A DNA stretch of 64,000 nt from assembly GCF_009834535.1 (NCBI RefSeq), contig NC_045696.1:108254001-108318000 (forward strand). Reading direction: 5' to 3'. The translations under genes were made by a program, and so were the position numbers. Source of the DNA: Camelus ferus (lineage: Eukaryota). The notes under the pieces are model-generated. The model made no database searches and had not been told where the DNA came from. It was given only the letters and a program-made list of their open reading frames with translations. How positions within the stretch are numbered: position 1 is the first letter of the stretch; each line of letters opens with the position of its first letter. This document shows, piece after piece, positions 26,525-40,237 of the stretch.

Positions 26525-28330
26525 TAAATTTTTTTTTATTATGGGAAAATTTCATGCATACAAAAAGAGGGAGGATATATGTAATAAACCCTTAGGTATT
26601 CATCACCCAGCTTCAACAAGTAAGCTCACAGTCAATCTTGTTTTCTCTGCATTCCTACTCACCCCCCTCCTCCTCCCAAGCCTCTCCAACACCTTCATTT
26701 TCTGCAGCAAATTTCAGCCATCATGTCAATTTATATATGAATATGTATGTACCTCTAAAAGTTACGTATTCGTTTTTAGAATTCCTAACTCTGTAACCAC
26801 AATACCATTCCTTATTATAGAAAAAAATCCCTTAATATCATTAAATATCCAGTTGATGTTCACATTTCCTTGATTGTCTCATTTTTTTTTTTTTTTTACA
26901 GTTTGGTTCAACCCAGATACAAATGAGGTCCACACACTGCAATTGTTGATATCTATCTGAAGTCTCTTTTAACCTTAAAGTTCCCTTCCATCTCATTTTC
27001 ACTCTCTTTTTCTTTTAATTTAGTTGTTGAAGAAACTGAATTGTCTGTCCTAAAGGGTTTTCCACTGTCTGGATTTTACTAATTGGATCCCATGGCGTCA
27101 TTTAATGAGTTCCTCTGTTCCTCTAAATTGCTAGTTAAATCTAGGCTTGATTAGATTCAGGCTTGATTTTTTTTTCTTTTTTGCAAAACCACTTCATTGG
27201 TGGAGTTCTGTACTTTCACCAGGAGATCCATGATGCTCAGGTGTCTCTCTGTGATGTTAACAGCATTGATGATAATTGTCTAGATCCACCAACTGATTTG
27301 TAGTTACCACATATTGATTTCCTAATTCCATCATTTCTTCTTCACTTGACATCTGGAATACTTCTATAAAGAAACAATTTCCCTCACCATCAATTTGTCA
27401 ACTCTGAGGTATAACTTTTTGTAGGAAAGGAAAGATAATTGCTCAATACTTTTTTGGTATTTACCGGTTTTCAGAATAATGGACTGGTTTCCTAACTCTT
27501 AACTACTGAGTTTCTTTTTTTCCTCTTGTTTTTTTTTTAAGCATCATTTGGGTTTATGGAATCAAACATATTTGATATGCTATTAAGCCACTGAAAGTTA
27601 CCTTGATTAATAGCCAAATTGTCCCAACTTTGGATATTGGGAGACTTCAATTTGGATCCTGAGTCCTTTTGACAAAACCATAGTTGTCCTTAATCTCCTC
27701 CTTGCTTTATAATATAATAAGATATTTTAAGCTCACCATATTCATTTCCTGTCCCAGATTTATAATCATCCATTTCTTCAAGGAGAGTCCTTTTGGGGAA
27801 ATATTTAGAAACCATAGTCTGGATACTAGGGGTGCTCATTGTTACTGGGTTGGTTATTGTTTCTAGACTTTTCAGCAGTTTGAGCCAGGAAATATTTACA
27901 TTTTCAAAAGATAAAATTCAACATGACTTCATTTTGGTACTTGCCATTCAAATTCAGGATTATGGGTTTTTATTTAACCCTATTGTTTTTAGTCCCTTCT
28001 ATACTGAAAATCCCAGTTCTCAAAAATGTCAACATGAGCATTCATTTATTTTATCCTGCAATATACACAAAACAATCTAAGAATAATAAAACCAACCATG
28101 CAAATAACAATATTATAATCAGATACACACAGTTTACAACATTTTTGCCATTCTTGTATCTTCAGGGCTTATCATACTTAAGATATAAAGTCAACTGCTG
28201 TGTTTCAAAATATCCTGAAATAATTCCTCTGTTTGTGTTATGCTACCAACTTCAGTTTCATTTACTTCATTTTTCTTTAGAATTTTAGAGAATTCTTTTT
28301 TTTTTCAAATTTAAGTCTGGTCTATAGTAG
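26525..28330 (-). mobile_element. Old L1 3' UTR (L1MC4-like)
   Basis: tttattatgggaaaatttc...catcacccagcttcaacaa...ccttaatatcattaaatatccag...tcctgagtccttttgaca...tttagaaaccatagtctgg. Confidence 0.8.
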
Positions 28331-29199
28331 TATTTCTTCTTTATATTAAAGTTTATCTGGAAGCTATTATTTCTCCTACTTAAATTTTGATTTAATATTT
28401 AATTTTCCTGAACTCTGTCTTGCTTCCTTGGACCACTATTAATTTTCAAGCTGAAGACTTCCCTAGTTCCTTAAATCTCCCCCAAATCATCACTAACACA
28501 CTTTACGTGCACAGGAGACTTTCGATTAAGGATTATCTGTGGGTAATGGGTAGGGCTTATCGGCAATCACTTACCTAATTACTATACTGAGTATAGGCAT
28601 TATACTCTAAAATTAGCCACAGACCCCACAGGCATTGGCCTACTGCCATCTTTTTTCCTCCTGAGTCTCCTCTCCCGTTTTCTAACTCAAACCACAAGCT
28701 TACAGTTGTTCATTTATTCCCTTTGCCCCTACTCCCAGGAGAAACAGCTTTATTTGGGATTAGCATCTGGAGAAAGAAAGTAGTAGTACCTGATACATCA
28801 TAAGATTGAGAAATGCAGATAAGGCAGACACATCATTGCTAGCAGACCCTGCAGTAAGTATCGGCAACACAAGTCTACTGGGAAAGTAGTTTCCCTACCC
28901 CTAAAACACTCTACTAAACCATCACTAAAAAAGTAGAACAACCTTCTTAATGCACCTTTGTCACTGCAATTACTATTATTACACATAAATGGATATATCA
29001 CAGTTCATTAATTTTAAATGTTTTCCCCATATGGCTCAAATGTTCACCATTTTCAAAAGTTGTTGAAAGAGTTGTTGACTCTTCTGGTCAACTGAGAAGT
29101 GAGAGGGTAATCTTACTGGCCCAGTGGCCTTTTCCCATTCTTCCTCATCAGTTAGGGCCAGGAAATAGGGAGAGTCTCAGGCTTGAGGTTATCTCCCCC

Positions 29200-29223
29200 A
29201 GCACAATAGCACAATAGCACAAT
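29200..29223. repeat. (AGCACAAT)x3 tandem repeat
   Basis: agcacaat agcacaat agcacaat read directly. Confidence 0.9.
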
Positions 29224-32200
29224 AAAGCACCAGAAGCATGATGGAAAGCCAGGCTGGTGAGACATGTGGGCAGGAAGGCACAGCCCAGTATTTGGTACAG
29301 GAAGAAAAGGGATGCTTGCTGGTTCAGGTGTCTATGAACTTTCTCCATCTTCTCCTCCATCTTTTCTTCCAGTCCTGGCCCTGATTCCAGGTATCTAGGA
29401 ATTGACAGAAGGCTTGCCAGAGCAACTGGTGGGCGTGGAGAGGAGGAGGGAGTAGTAGGTATCTCGGGCGGGGGATTAGTAGCCTGGATACCTGGCTACA
29501 GCCCAGAGCAAGGGAGACACTTGGGGGAAAACAGGATTTCCATGGAGGGTTGGGGCTCTGGGGAGTCTGTGTATGGGGTAGACAGGATTGTGGACTTCAG
29601 GAAATTTCAAGTTGGGGGAATATGGAGGGCTCCCAAAGGGCATGGGCCCAGCTGCCCTGCCCCACACTGGGATTCAGCGCCTTATTTTTCCTTGCTAAAT
29701 CCGTGCCTGTGATCTATCCATCCTTATCCTCTTATCACTTTATTAAACAGAGCAATTCAGCACCCCTCCCCAACCCAATCAAGCTCTTGACCCAGGTCCC
29801 TATGTTCAAACACCTATTGAAGTGTCCTATAAGCACAGGGCCATATACTTAGAGTCTCTGTACTTTCAATGTCCAAAACATTGACAGGACCTTCAAAGTC
29901 ACATATTTCCTGGTTACCTGCTCTAGCCTGTCTCTCCCCATCCCTCCTTCCAGAGCCAGATCCCAGGGCTTGTGAGATTTTTTTTTCCTTCTCTTTTCTT
30001 TAAGCTTTAGAAACATCAGAAAAAGTAGAAATTGATGTATAATCCAGAAAATGTGACAATATTCTGTATGACAAAAGTTGGACTCTGAGTTTTCCCCCTT
30101 TCATTTCCTCTCTTGGTTCCTTCTCTGAAAACATATGAGCTTCCTGTGTCTGCCTGAAAAAGTGGGTGGCTTAATAGCTGTCTCAGACCTGCTGTAGTCT
30201 TTTCTCCTGCTCTCAAGGTCTTGTGGCTTCCTGCACACCAGCAAGAACAAAGGGAGCTCAGAGCCTTTAAAGGCTGGCAGTTTCTCTCTATTTGTAATCA
30301 GAAGGACACCAATAAGATCACCCCAAAATTAAATACAACAAAAAAAATATGTAGTTGTAATCTGGATGTACTGTATTTAAACAGATAATTAATAAAATCA
30401 TATTTGTTCTCCCTCCATGAAGAGTGCTAATATGAATTTCTCTAAGGATCATGTGGCTAAACCCCATGGAGAAAGGTCTACTTCAGCCCAGGATGTTGGA
30501 TGGGCAGAAGGTCCAGCCTGGACCCATTCTGTGCAGCTGATGACCCATCTTGCTACTCCTCCCATCATCTCTCAGCAGCCTGCAATCCTAGGCTAGTGAA
30601 CACCCAGCCATGCTTTGGAACTGTTGGCATCTAAGGGACAGATGGCCAAAAGGCAGATCCACAGACGCCAGCTGGTGAAATCTGCATGGCCCGTGTCTTC
30701 TCACAACAGCCCGTCAGGCTCTCAGGGGGCACTAGGGCGGCAGTTCCTGCATCACTGGAGTCCTCCTTGATGGGAATCATTGCCTGACTGCAGGCGGAGT
30801 TCTTCTGTCCTCTTGAATCGCTTTTGAGATTCAGATCCTCATCATATCAGCATGTTTTCTCTAACCATCCTCCCCTCCCCTTCCCCCAGTTTCAGAAGAA
30901 TTGATTCTAAGAGGGCACAGGTGGCCTCCTTGGGTGGTGGGAGGATGAGTACATGGAAAAGCCATCACCTCCAGTGTGTTTTCTTTAGGTATCTCTCTCA
31001 GTCTGACCAGAGACGGTCAATCCGATATTTCACACTTGCTTTCCATAATGCTTTTTCCCCACCATGGCTTTCACAACCTATTATCTTGAAAATTGTTGAG
31101 AAATGCTGCTTTTGGAAACCATGCTCGGAGCGATTGTGACCCTTGTTGCTCCTCCCAGCTGGTTCAGGGCCACCCAGAAGTTTCAGTCCCCATGGTTTTT
31201 AGACTAATAATTATGGCTGCAACTCCATCTTGAGTTTTTTGGTGTCTTTTCCTTCTTTTGTCAGAAGGGCAACTGTCTAGAGCTGGTTTTGGCCTGGGCT
31301 TTGAATCTCTAAGTTCTGATCCAAGTCTGGGCTCTGGGTTCCTGGGACTCCCAGCAAGACCTGATATTTTATCTCTATGGGTTTTGCGCAATTCTAGTGA
31401 CTATTTTGGGAACCCCCAAACCAGAGTAAATATCTGAGATTCTGAAATAAACCATGGGATCTATAAAGTGGCATATGTCCAGTGAGAGCTGACCAGGAGA
31501 ATCTATGCCATTTGACGACCCTTGTGGGTCACTGGCAGTTGAATGATAATCACAAACTCAGCAATGGGGGTTCTGTAACTGTGACCACCCCCTGATGTTT
31601 CTGAGAACTTAAAGTGGGCTGCCATTTTTGGACTTTGCACAGCTACTCCTGGGCCATATGTCCCCAGGCAGGGCTTACTCATTCTGTGACCACATTTCCC
31701 ACCTATAAAACAAAAGACTTTTAGTAGAAAATCCCCAAGATCTTTTCCAACTTTAAAAATCGTACAGTGTTGTGATCTCTACTTTTGATTTATCTTTCCT
31801 CCCTCCTGTATATCCTTGAGAAATCCCAAGAATGAGGAAACTGGACCCTAGCTGATCCCTGCAACTTAACAGAATATAAAGTGTTCCACTCTGTTTTCTC
31901 CTAAGCCAAAATGCAAGAGATTTGCAAAAGCTCTGTTGGGGCAAACTGTCTCTGAATTGCTCCCTCCATTTATTTATTTGCATTAAAAATTAGTGCTGCA
32001 CTGCGTTTATAGAAACAATATTTACAGGTTTAGTGTGGATCTTGACCATTAATGGAAAAATAAATTAAAATCCCTCCATCCTCAAGCTAAAAAATCTTGG
32101 CACACATAGGGGAAGACTAATGTTATTAAACAAGGTTTTAGAGGAGATATAGGAGACGGTGTCCTTGACATAACTGAGTGGAGTGTATTTTATCATGAAA

Positions 32201-32899
32201 TTCCCAGGGAATTGACTTGCAAATCAGAGCTCAAAAGCCCACAATGCTGGATAGCAGAGCTGTCTGGCGAGCAAGTCTGGGGGATGATAAGAGGGGGGTG
32301 GAGAGTTCTCCAGACATCAGTCCCCCAGGCTCTCCAGGGTCGTCTCTTCCTCCAGACGCTCTTGTACGACTTCACTCGGTGGTGTTCCTCTGAGAGGGCA
32401 CCCTAAGTGGCCCACACTTTCTGCCGTGCCACCACATTTCCTGCTCTGGGAATGCTTGGTTGTGGGGGTGTGTGTGGGGGTGCAGTGGAGAGTGAGGGAC
32501 AGAGAGAAATCAACCCTCCTGCCAGTATAAAAAACTCTCACGAGTTGGTCCTGTTTAAAAGCAGTGCGGTGTTCTTCCAGGCTGCTCCCTCTAACAAAGA
32601 GGGCTGGAGTCCAAAATGCTTTCTTTCAACCCATGTTTGTTGATCCCCTGCTCAGTTCTGCCCTTGTTGATATCACAGCCTAGTGGGGCCACGGGGACCC
32701 ATAATGCAGTGTGGTTAGGGCGATCTCCAGTTAAACTCAGAGAGCTAAGGAAGCACAGAGTGGGGGACTGACCTTGCCCTGCTGTTAGGGGAAATCTGGG
32801 TAGCAACTTTTAGGGCAAACACGGGCTCAGGCTCTAAGGACGGTGTGTCCTTGAGAAAGAACGAGAGAAAAGTGAGCAAGAGAGGTCATGTACAACTCT

Positions 32900-33290
32900 A
32901 TCATTCATAAATTTGTCCGAAGCTTTTGGAAGGCATTTATATTTCCTGCCAGCACTACCCCTTGGGGGTGATGAATTCCAATAAGTTCCAATCCGTTTAT
33001 TACTCACTGTGAGAGAAATTGCTTCCTTTTATGTCTGGGACTAAACCTGGATCACATTTCATAGGACATCTCCTAGTCACAGAGTTTTGGAATTTGGTGA
33101 GTTAAGCCTATGCCCCGTGGGTCCTGAAGTTCCCTGGTTATGTGGATCCAAATCCCTTCCCTTCTCAACCTTCAGACAGAAGACCATACCCTTTCAGCCT
33201 GTCTGATAGTCTCCTTTTATTTATCCTTCTAGAATCTCAAGTTGTCCTACTTTTCTGGGTTGTGGTGGCCAGATATCCCTCAGTCATCCT
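32900..33290 (-). mobile_element. Ancient CR1-clade LINE remnant
   Basis: ggtgatgaattccaataagtt...actgtgagagaaattgcttccttttat...ccctttcagcctgtc...gtggtggccagat resembles the reverse CR1 3' region. Confidence 0.5.
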
Positions 33291-34168
33291 GTTTTCCAGA
33301 AAAACAAAAAAAGCTGCTTTGTGTAAAGGAGGAAAAATATTTTTTGCTTTCCTTTTCTGATAATAACCTGGTAACACAGGACACTGACTGAGAAAACCTC
33401 CCAGGGCAGGGCTGCCTGCATCCGATGCATCTTTCTATTCCCAGCATCCCCCTAGAGCTTTTGTGTCATCCTTGCATGCTGGATGGGTGTCGGCAGATGA
33501 ATGGAGTGATCAGATATTCTGAGTGCTGGTAGGTCCCGGTTGTTTGCAATTACTGAGAACCCAGAAGCCTTTACATGACACTTAAAGGGTTCTGATTTTT
33601 TATTTAAAAAATTTCTTTCTAAGCTTCCTAACCTCTCACCAGAATTGTAGGTGCTTCCTCAGTGTCACCACTTTTTCCTGCCTAATGGAGTTATTTGTTT
33701 GTGATGCTTTCTTTACAAAATTATGTGTTTTTATGATTATAAAGCGGAAAGTGTTCAAGTAGAGCATTTGGAAAATACTGAAAGGATAAAGTAATTTATC
33801 CTTTAACAATTTAACCACATCTCAATACATTTCTTCTCAGTTTTTTTTTCTGTGATATTATTGTATATATTTTTTTTCTTTTTACAAAATTGGAAACTTC
33901 TTGAGTGTCATGCATTGATTTTCCTCATGTAATACCACATCATGAACATTTTTACATGGTGGGGAATATTCCTTGAAAATTTATTTTGAACAGTTGCTTA
34001 ATAGTCTGTCAAATGCATATAAATCTGACAAGTTATTCTCCTTTGGCTAGGCTAATCTCTTCCAATGCTTTGCTATCACAAATATTTTGATTTTTCTTAA
34101 TTTTATCACAGTCTGCCACATCTGATTATTCCCTTCCACCAGATATGACTAGAATGCTTTATTTACCT

Positions 34169-34430
34169 CAGTGGTCTCCTAAGTGAGGTCTGGTTCCCCA
34201 GTACACAAGATGATCTGGAATGTGGAATAAAATGTTATAACTCTGATTTTTGTTTTTGTCTTTTACTTTTTATATGTCTACTTCTTAATGCCCATTTTAA
34301 AATCAACATAATATAGCAGGATAGGAGTACAGGCATGTAATCTACTAGTAAGTGGCCATATTCACAAAGCACATCTCAGATTTTTTTCTTTCCAAGAGGG
34401 GATTGCAGTCAAAATCATTTGGAGATACTG
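34169..34430. mobile_element. hAT-Charlie non-autonomous DNA transposon (MER112/113-like)
   Basis: Terminal inverted repeats cagtggtctcc ... ggagatactg with AT-rich interior. Confidence 0.65.
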
Positions 34431-34815
34431 AATTAAGCCGCTCAGAAAATTTATAGAGCTTGGTTTCTCTCCGAATTTTCGTGAAGCCCTGGGATTTTAG
34501 GGCAAGCTGGATTAGGAAGGCCTGCAGCATCTATTAAACTCCTAGTAGGTTTTCTCTGCCACTTTCCACCCTGGGGTCTCTTCTTAGGCTGTGAGAAGTG
34601 ATGGCAGGGTTTCCTCGGTTGATTTTCCTCCCTCTCTGAACAGCCATCAGATACTATCCACCCTTTCTGACTTCTCATTCCATCTCCCGTCTCCAGACCA
34701 ACCTGAGGAAGTTAGGTGTCATGCATGAAGCCTACGCCTATTTCCTCCATTCCCATTGTCTGAGAATTCTTCCATGATTCCTCACTCTTTTAAATAGTAT
34801 CTTTAAAAAACGTTC

Positions 34816-34870
34816 ATAGCATAACAATATAATATAACATAACATTACATAACATAACATAGCATAGCAA
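34816..34870. repeat. (CATAA)n degenerate pentanucleotide repeat
   Basis: catagcataacaatataatataacataacattacataacataacatagcatagc. Confidence 0.9.
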
Positions 34871-35729
34871 AACCAGTAAGGCAGAAGTGCACTGTTTCTT
34901 TAAGCTGCTGCTATTCCCTTGCACTTTAATAAATTTTGTTTTCTTTTTTAACAGCTTTATTGATCTACCCTTGATGCACACTAAATTGTACATTTTAAAC
35001 AAGTACAATTTGATAAGTTTTGATATATGTGGTCTCCTGTGAAACCATCACCACGATAAAAATAATGAACATATCCATCACCCCCAAAAGTTTCCCCAAA
35101 GGGTTGTAATCCATTCCTCCACCCACCCTTACCTAATCCCAGTGTTCCCCAGGCAACCACTGATGTGATTGATGTCTTTAGATTAATTTGCATTTTCTAA
35201 AATTTATGTGAATAGAATCATATAGCACTTGTTCTTTTTTTTACCGTCTTCTTTAACTCAGCATTCGTATTTTGAAATTGGTCTGTGTTGTGTGACTATC
35301 AGTAGTTCATTCCTTTTTATTGCTGAGTAGTATTGTGTGGATGGCCCACAACTGGTTTATCCATTTACCTATTGAAGGACGTTTGGGCTATTTCCAATTT
35401 CTGGCTTTTGTAAATAAAACTGCTATGAACATTTATTAACAAGATTTTGTATGGACATATGTTTTCATTTCTCTTGGGTAAATAACTTAGAAAAGAATGA
35501 CTGGATCATATAGTTGGTGTATGCTTGAATTTTGAAATCCAAAATTGTTTTCTGAAGTGGTTGTACCTACATTCTCATCTGCAATGTATGAGAGTTCCAT
35601 GTGCTCCAAATCTTCATCGCACTGGCTACCATCAGTGTTTCGAATTTCAGCCATTCTAATAGGTGCATAGACATTTTATTTCCACATATTTTATATATGT
35701 ACAATTATTTTACATATATTATACATAAT

Positions 35730-36800
35730 ACATATTTCTTTGAAATATTGATTTCATTTTCTTTGGCTATATGTCAGAAGTAAGATTGCAGTATCATATG
35801 TTAGTTCTATTTTTAATTTCTTGAGAAACTGTCACACTGTTTTCTATAGTAGATGTACCAATTTGCATTCCCATCGACAGTGTACAAGAGTTCCTTTTTC
35901 TCCACATCCTCATCAATACTTAATATCTCTTGTCTTTCTGATAATAGCCATCCTAATAGGTGTAAGGTGATGTCTCATTGTGGCTTTTATCTGCAATTCC
36001 CTGATGATTAGTGTTGTCGAGCATCATTTCATATACCTGTTGGCTGTTTGTAAATATTCTTTGCAAAAATGTCTATTCAGATCCTTTGCCCATTTTAAAT
36101 TATATTATTTGGGTTTGTGTGTGTGTGTGTGTGTGTGTTGTTTGTTTGTTTGTTTTTTGCTATTTTTCACAAGGACAGAAAAAACAGCCCTAAAATTTAT
36201 ATGGAACCACAAAAGACCCCAAATAGCCAAAGCAATCTTGAGAAAGAAGAACAAAGCTGGAGGCATCACACTTCTTGATCTCAAAGTATATTACAAAGCT
36301 ATCGTAATTGAAAGAGTATGATACTGGCATAAAAACAGACACATAGACCAAAGGAACAGAATCAAGAGTCCAGAAATAAACCTATTCATACACAGTCAAC
36401 TAATCTTTGATAAGGCTGCCAAGAATACACTGTGGGGAAAAGACAAACTTTTTGATAAATAATGTTGGAAAAACTGTATGTCTGTGTGCAAAAGAATGAA
36501 ATTGGACCCTTATCTTACACTGCATACAATAATTTATTTAAAATGGATTAAAAACTTAAATGTAAGACATGAAACCCTTAAACCCTTAGAAGAAAACACA
36601 GAGGAAAAACTCCTTGACAATGATTTTTTGAATTATGACACAGAAAATACAAGCAACAAAAGCAAAAATAAACAAGTGGGATCACATCAAACTAAAAAGC
36701 TTCCATAGATCAAAGGAAACAATCAACAAAACAAAAAGGCTATCTACAGAATGGGAGAAAAGTATCTGCAAACCATTTATCTGATATGGGGTTAACATAT
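35730..36800. mobile_element. Nested L1 (L1MA/MB-like ORF2) with 5' inversion: minus 35730-36160, plus 36161-36800
   Basis: Antisense ORF2 up to gttttttgcta, then sense [28 protein letters not shown]...MKLDPYLT...atctgatatggggttaa. Confidence 0.85.
36116..36156. repeat. (TG)n + (TTTG)n compound microsatellite within the nested L1
   Basis: Read directly. Confidence 0.9.
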
Positions 36801-39800
36801 ACATTTTTATAATCAGTTTGTCAATTTCTACAAAAAAGCCTGCTGGGATTTGATTGGGACTACACTGAATCTTTAGATCAATTTGGGAGATTTAACATCT
36901 TAACAATATTGAGTCTTCTGATTCATGAACACAGAATCACTCTATTTATTTAGGTCATCTTTAATTTCAACAATGTTTTTTACTTTTAATTGTATAGATA
37001 CAGGTTTTTCACAGCTTTTGTGAGATTTATCTCTAAGTAGTTAAATTTTTTGCTATTCTAAATGGTATTGATTTTTAAATTTCAACTTCCAATTGTTTGT
37101 TGCTAGTATATAGAGATAAAATTGATTTTTGTATATTGATCTTACATCCTGAAACCTTTGTAAACTCACTCATTTGTTCTAATAGCTTTTTTGTAGCTTT
37201 CATTGAATTTTTTACATAGATGATCATGTTATCTGTGAATGAATACACTCTTAATTTTTCTTTTCCAATCTAGATGATTTACTTCTTCTTGCCTTATTCA
37301 GCTGGCTAGAACTGTAGGAAGCGGCTAAATACATGTGGTGAGACTGGATATCTTTGTCTTATTCTCCATATTAGGCAAAAAACATTCAGTCTTTCACAAG
37401 TAAGTATAATATTAACTATAGAGTTTCCAAATTTGCTCTTTATAATATTGAGGAAGTTCTGTTCTATTCTTAGTTTGCTGAAATTTTTTCTCAGAAATGA
37501 ATGTGTTGATTTTGTCAAATGCTTTTTCTGCATCAGTTGAAGTTGATCATATAGTTACTTCCAGTTCAAAATACTTTCTAATTGCACTTTTATTTTTTTG
37601 ATCTATGGAGATTTATTTTTCAAATATTTGGTAATTTTTCAGAGATCTTTCTGTTATTGATTTATAATTTAACTCAATTTTAGTCAGAACATGTACATTG
37701 TATGAATTCTTTTTCAATGTTGAGATTTTTTTCTAAATCAAAAATTTCAAATTTAAGATATTTTATATCCCAGACATTCTTTGAGACTTGTTTTATGGAT
37801 AGGTTTCATATATACTTAAGAAGAACGTGTATTCTGCTGTTGAATTGGGAGTATTCTACAAATGCCAATTGGTCAAGTTGGTTACTTGTGTTCAAGTTTT
37901 GTGTGTCCTTAATGATTTTCTGTCTCCTTGTTCTATCAACTGTTGAGAGAGGATATCAAACCCAACAAGAAATTGTGACTTTTGCTCCTTGTTTTTTTTA
38001 ATCAAGTTTTGTTTCCTGTTTTTTGAAGTTCTGTTGTTTGGAACATGAAAATTTAGTATTGTTATGCCCTCTTGATGAACTGAGCTCTTTATTACCATGA
38101 AACAAATTTCTTTTTCCTTTGTTGGGTGCTGAATAGTTTTATATTTCTATAAATATTCTAGAACTTTGTTCTGGGATGCAGTTACATGACTTGAAAACAG
38201 TTTGATCCTTTAGGTTCCTGTTTTTCACATTTGTTAACTGAGACCAAAGCTGCATTTAGTCTAGGGCTAATGACTCCCCACCACTGAGGCAGGCTTTTTG
38301 TGAGTATTCTGTATCACACTCTGTGAATTATGAGCTTTTCCAGTTTTGCTGGTGGGAACAGGCATGATCCCTGGCCCTGTGTGGACACCAGACTCTGTTA
38401 TCTCTAATCTTTTCTGGTGATTCTCTTCTTAGACTTGGGTAGTTTCCCCACATGTGGGCCATCATCCAGTACTCTGATGAATATTCAAGCAGGATCCTCA
38501 TACATCTCCTGGGTTTTCTCTCTGTTCAGACTTCTTCTCTCTGTCCTGTGAACCCTAGCTGCTTTGGTCTCCTGAGATCTCAGCTCTGCCCCCTAAACTC
38601 AGGAAGTCCATTGGGTTCTGCCTGATCCCCTCTTCTTACTCCCCAGTTGGTCTGGAAACACTTTCTAGGAAGTTGGGGATGATCATAAAACTTGCCTCAT
38701 TTGTTTCCTGTCTCCCATGTGTCACTGTCTTGATATCTAGTGTCTTGAAACTGTTCCTTCATTTGGAAAAAATGTTTATTTCAGACAGGAGGTTTAATCT
38801 AGCCCCTGTTATTTCACCTTGGCCAGAAGTAGAAAAACTATAAGTAATTTTTGATTCAACTAATTTTGCCAGCCTATTTCCAGAAAAAAATCAGTTTTCT
38901 AGAATACAAATTTTAAAATATAGTAAGATGATTTTCAACAAGGTTTTATTTTTTCATCCACTTTACTGAGGAATCAGTCACATACTATACAATGCACATA
39001 TTTTAAATGCAATTTTAATGAATTTTCACAGATGTCCATACCTGTTTGATCTCATTCAAAATATAGGACATTTCTATCACTCCATAAATTTTCTTTCAAT
39101 GAAGTCTTAGTGTGCATTTAGGAGAAATCAGTTGAAATCTACCCATTGCCCTTTGAGCTAAGAGTAGGAGCCTATCAGCTGGACTGCCGCCCCTTCTTGC
39201 TTTGGCTATAGATCTGCTGTGTTACCTCTTTTGCCCAGGTAGACAGAATCATATGTGATGCTCCAAAAATGAATCATTAGATCTTAAGACCCAGGTGATT
39301 ATGCAAGCAGGCAGGGTTCACCAATCAATGAGATGAGGAATCATTTGGGGAACTCAGTGCTCCCCCTTGACAGTCATGGGATGCCTTAGACTACAATACT
39401 GTTTCCACCTTAGGCCCCTGGGGAATCTTCATTTCTGAGATTTTCGAGGTCATTTGTTACACAGCATTATTGCCACAGTCACTGATATATGGTGCTTGAT
39501 AAATATGATTGGACTACTTACCAAAAATGTTGCGCTTATATTTACACTGTTCCAAGCTTGCCAAACTGAAGGCTATTTTTATTTAACTTCTTTACCCCAA
39601 TTTTGTTGAGATATAATTGCTATACATCACTGTATGAGTTTAAGGTGTACAGCATAATGTATTTATATTTTTACCTTCTGAAATTTTAATATGCTTATTA
39701 TTTTTGTTATTGTTTTGTTTTCCAGAAACATTCCTGAACTTCCCAGGCACCCATCAGCCATGCTGGCATGAAGTATTAATAGGTCTCATTTCCCTTCTGA

Positions 39801-40085
39801 TGGGTGCACCAGAGGGAACCCTGCATGGCAGCTGGTTGTAGAAGAAGCCAAAAACGGAAGTTGACAGCAAATTATAAAGCCCCTGGGTTTGTGTCCTATT
39901 TAAATTGATCACCTTATTTCCAAACATTCATTTATTTCCTCTATTTGCAATCTTGTGTTTTCAGTTTCACGGTTTGCTCGTGTGTATCACTTGCTGGGCA
40001 CCATGCTAGCCACTTTAGGCACTGCATCCTATAAGAAGCAAAGTCACCTCTGTCCCATCACAACTCTCTTCTTGTTATTTTCCAG

Positions 40086-40237
40086 CCTTCCATCTGCTCC
40101 ATTGTCAGTCAGCTCAAAATCCACATCCTGGTCCTGGTCAGTGTGTTGCTGCCTGCTTCTCTCTGCCTACGTGGGTCCTGAGTGCTCTTACTCAAACACA
40201 ACTCACCTGGCACACTAAAACACAGCAGCAACAGCAG
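40086..40237 (+). other. Candidate internal exon (152 nt), probably non-coding
   Basis: Acceptor ctctcttcttgttattttccAG at 40084-85 and consensus donor CAG|GTAAGT at 40238; no recognisable protein. Confidence 0.3.

Larger units (their letters stand above)
34945..38835 (-). mobile_element. Old L1M with 3' UTR (34945-35670), ORF2 pieces (36805-38110) and 5' UTR (38110-38835); internally deleted
   Basis: ttttaacagctttattga 3' end; EN-domain peptide SVHQEGITILNFHVPNNRTSK; RT-region aaatgctttttctgcatc; 5' UTR homologous to 13412-14130. Confidence 0.85.

Noticed and set aside
26184..26873. Longest ORF (229 aa)
   Set aside because: Non-ATG start, second half is antisense L1MC 3' UTR, no recognisable domain
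30719..30735. CTCF-like ctctcagggggcacta (also ctgttaggtggcgctg at ~52591)
   Set aside because: Three mismatches in the 5' core; not supportable without ChIP or conservation
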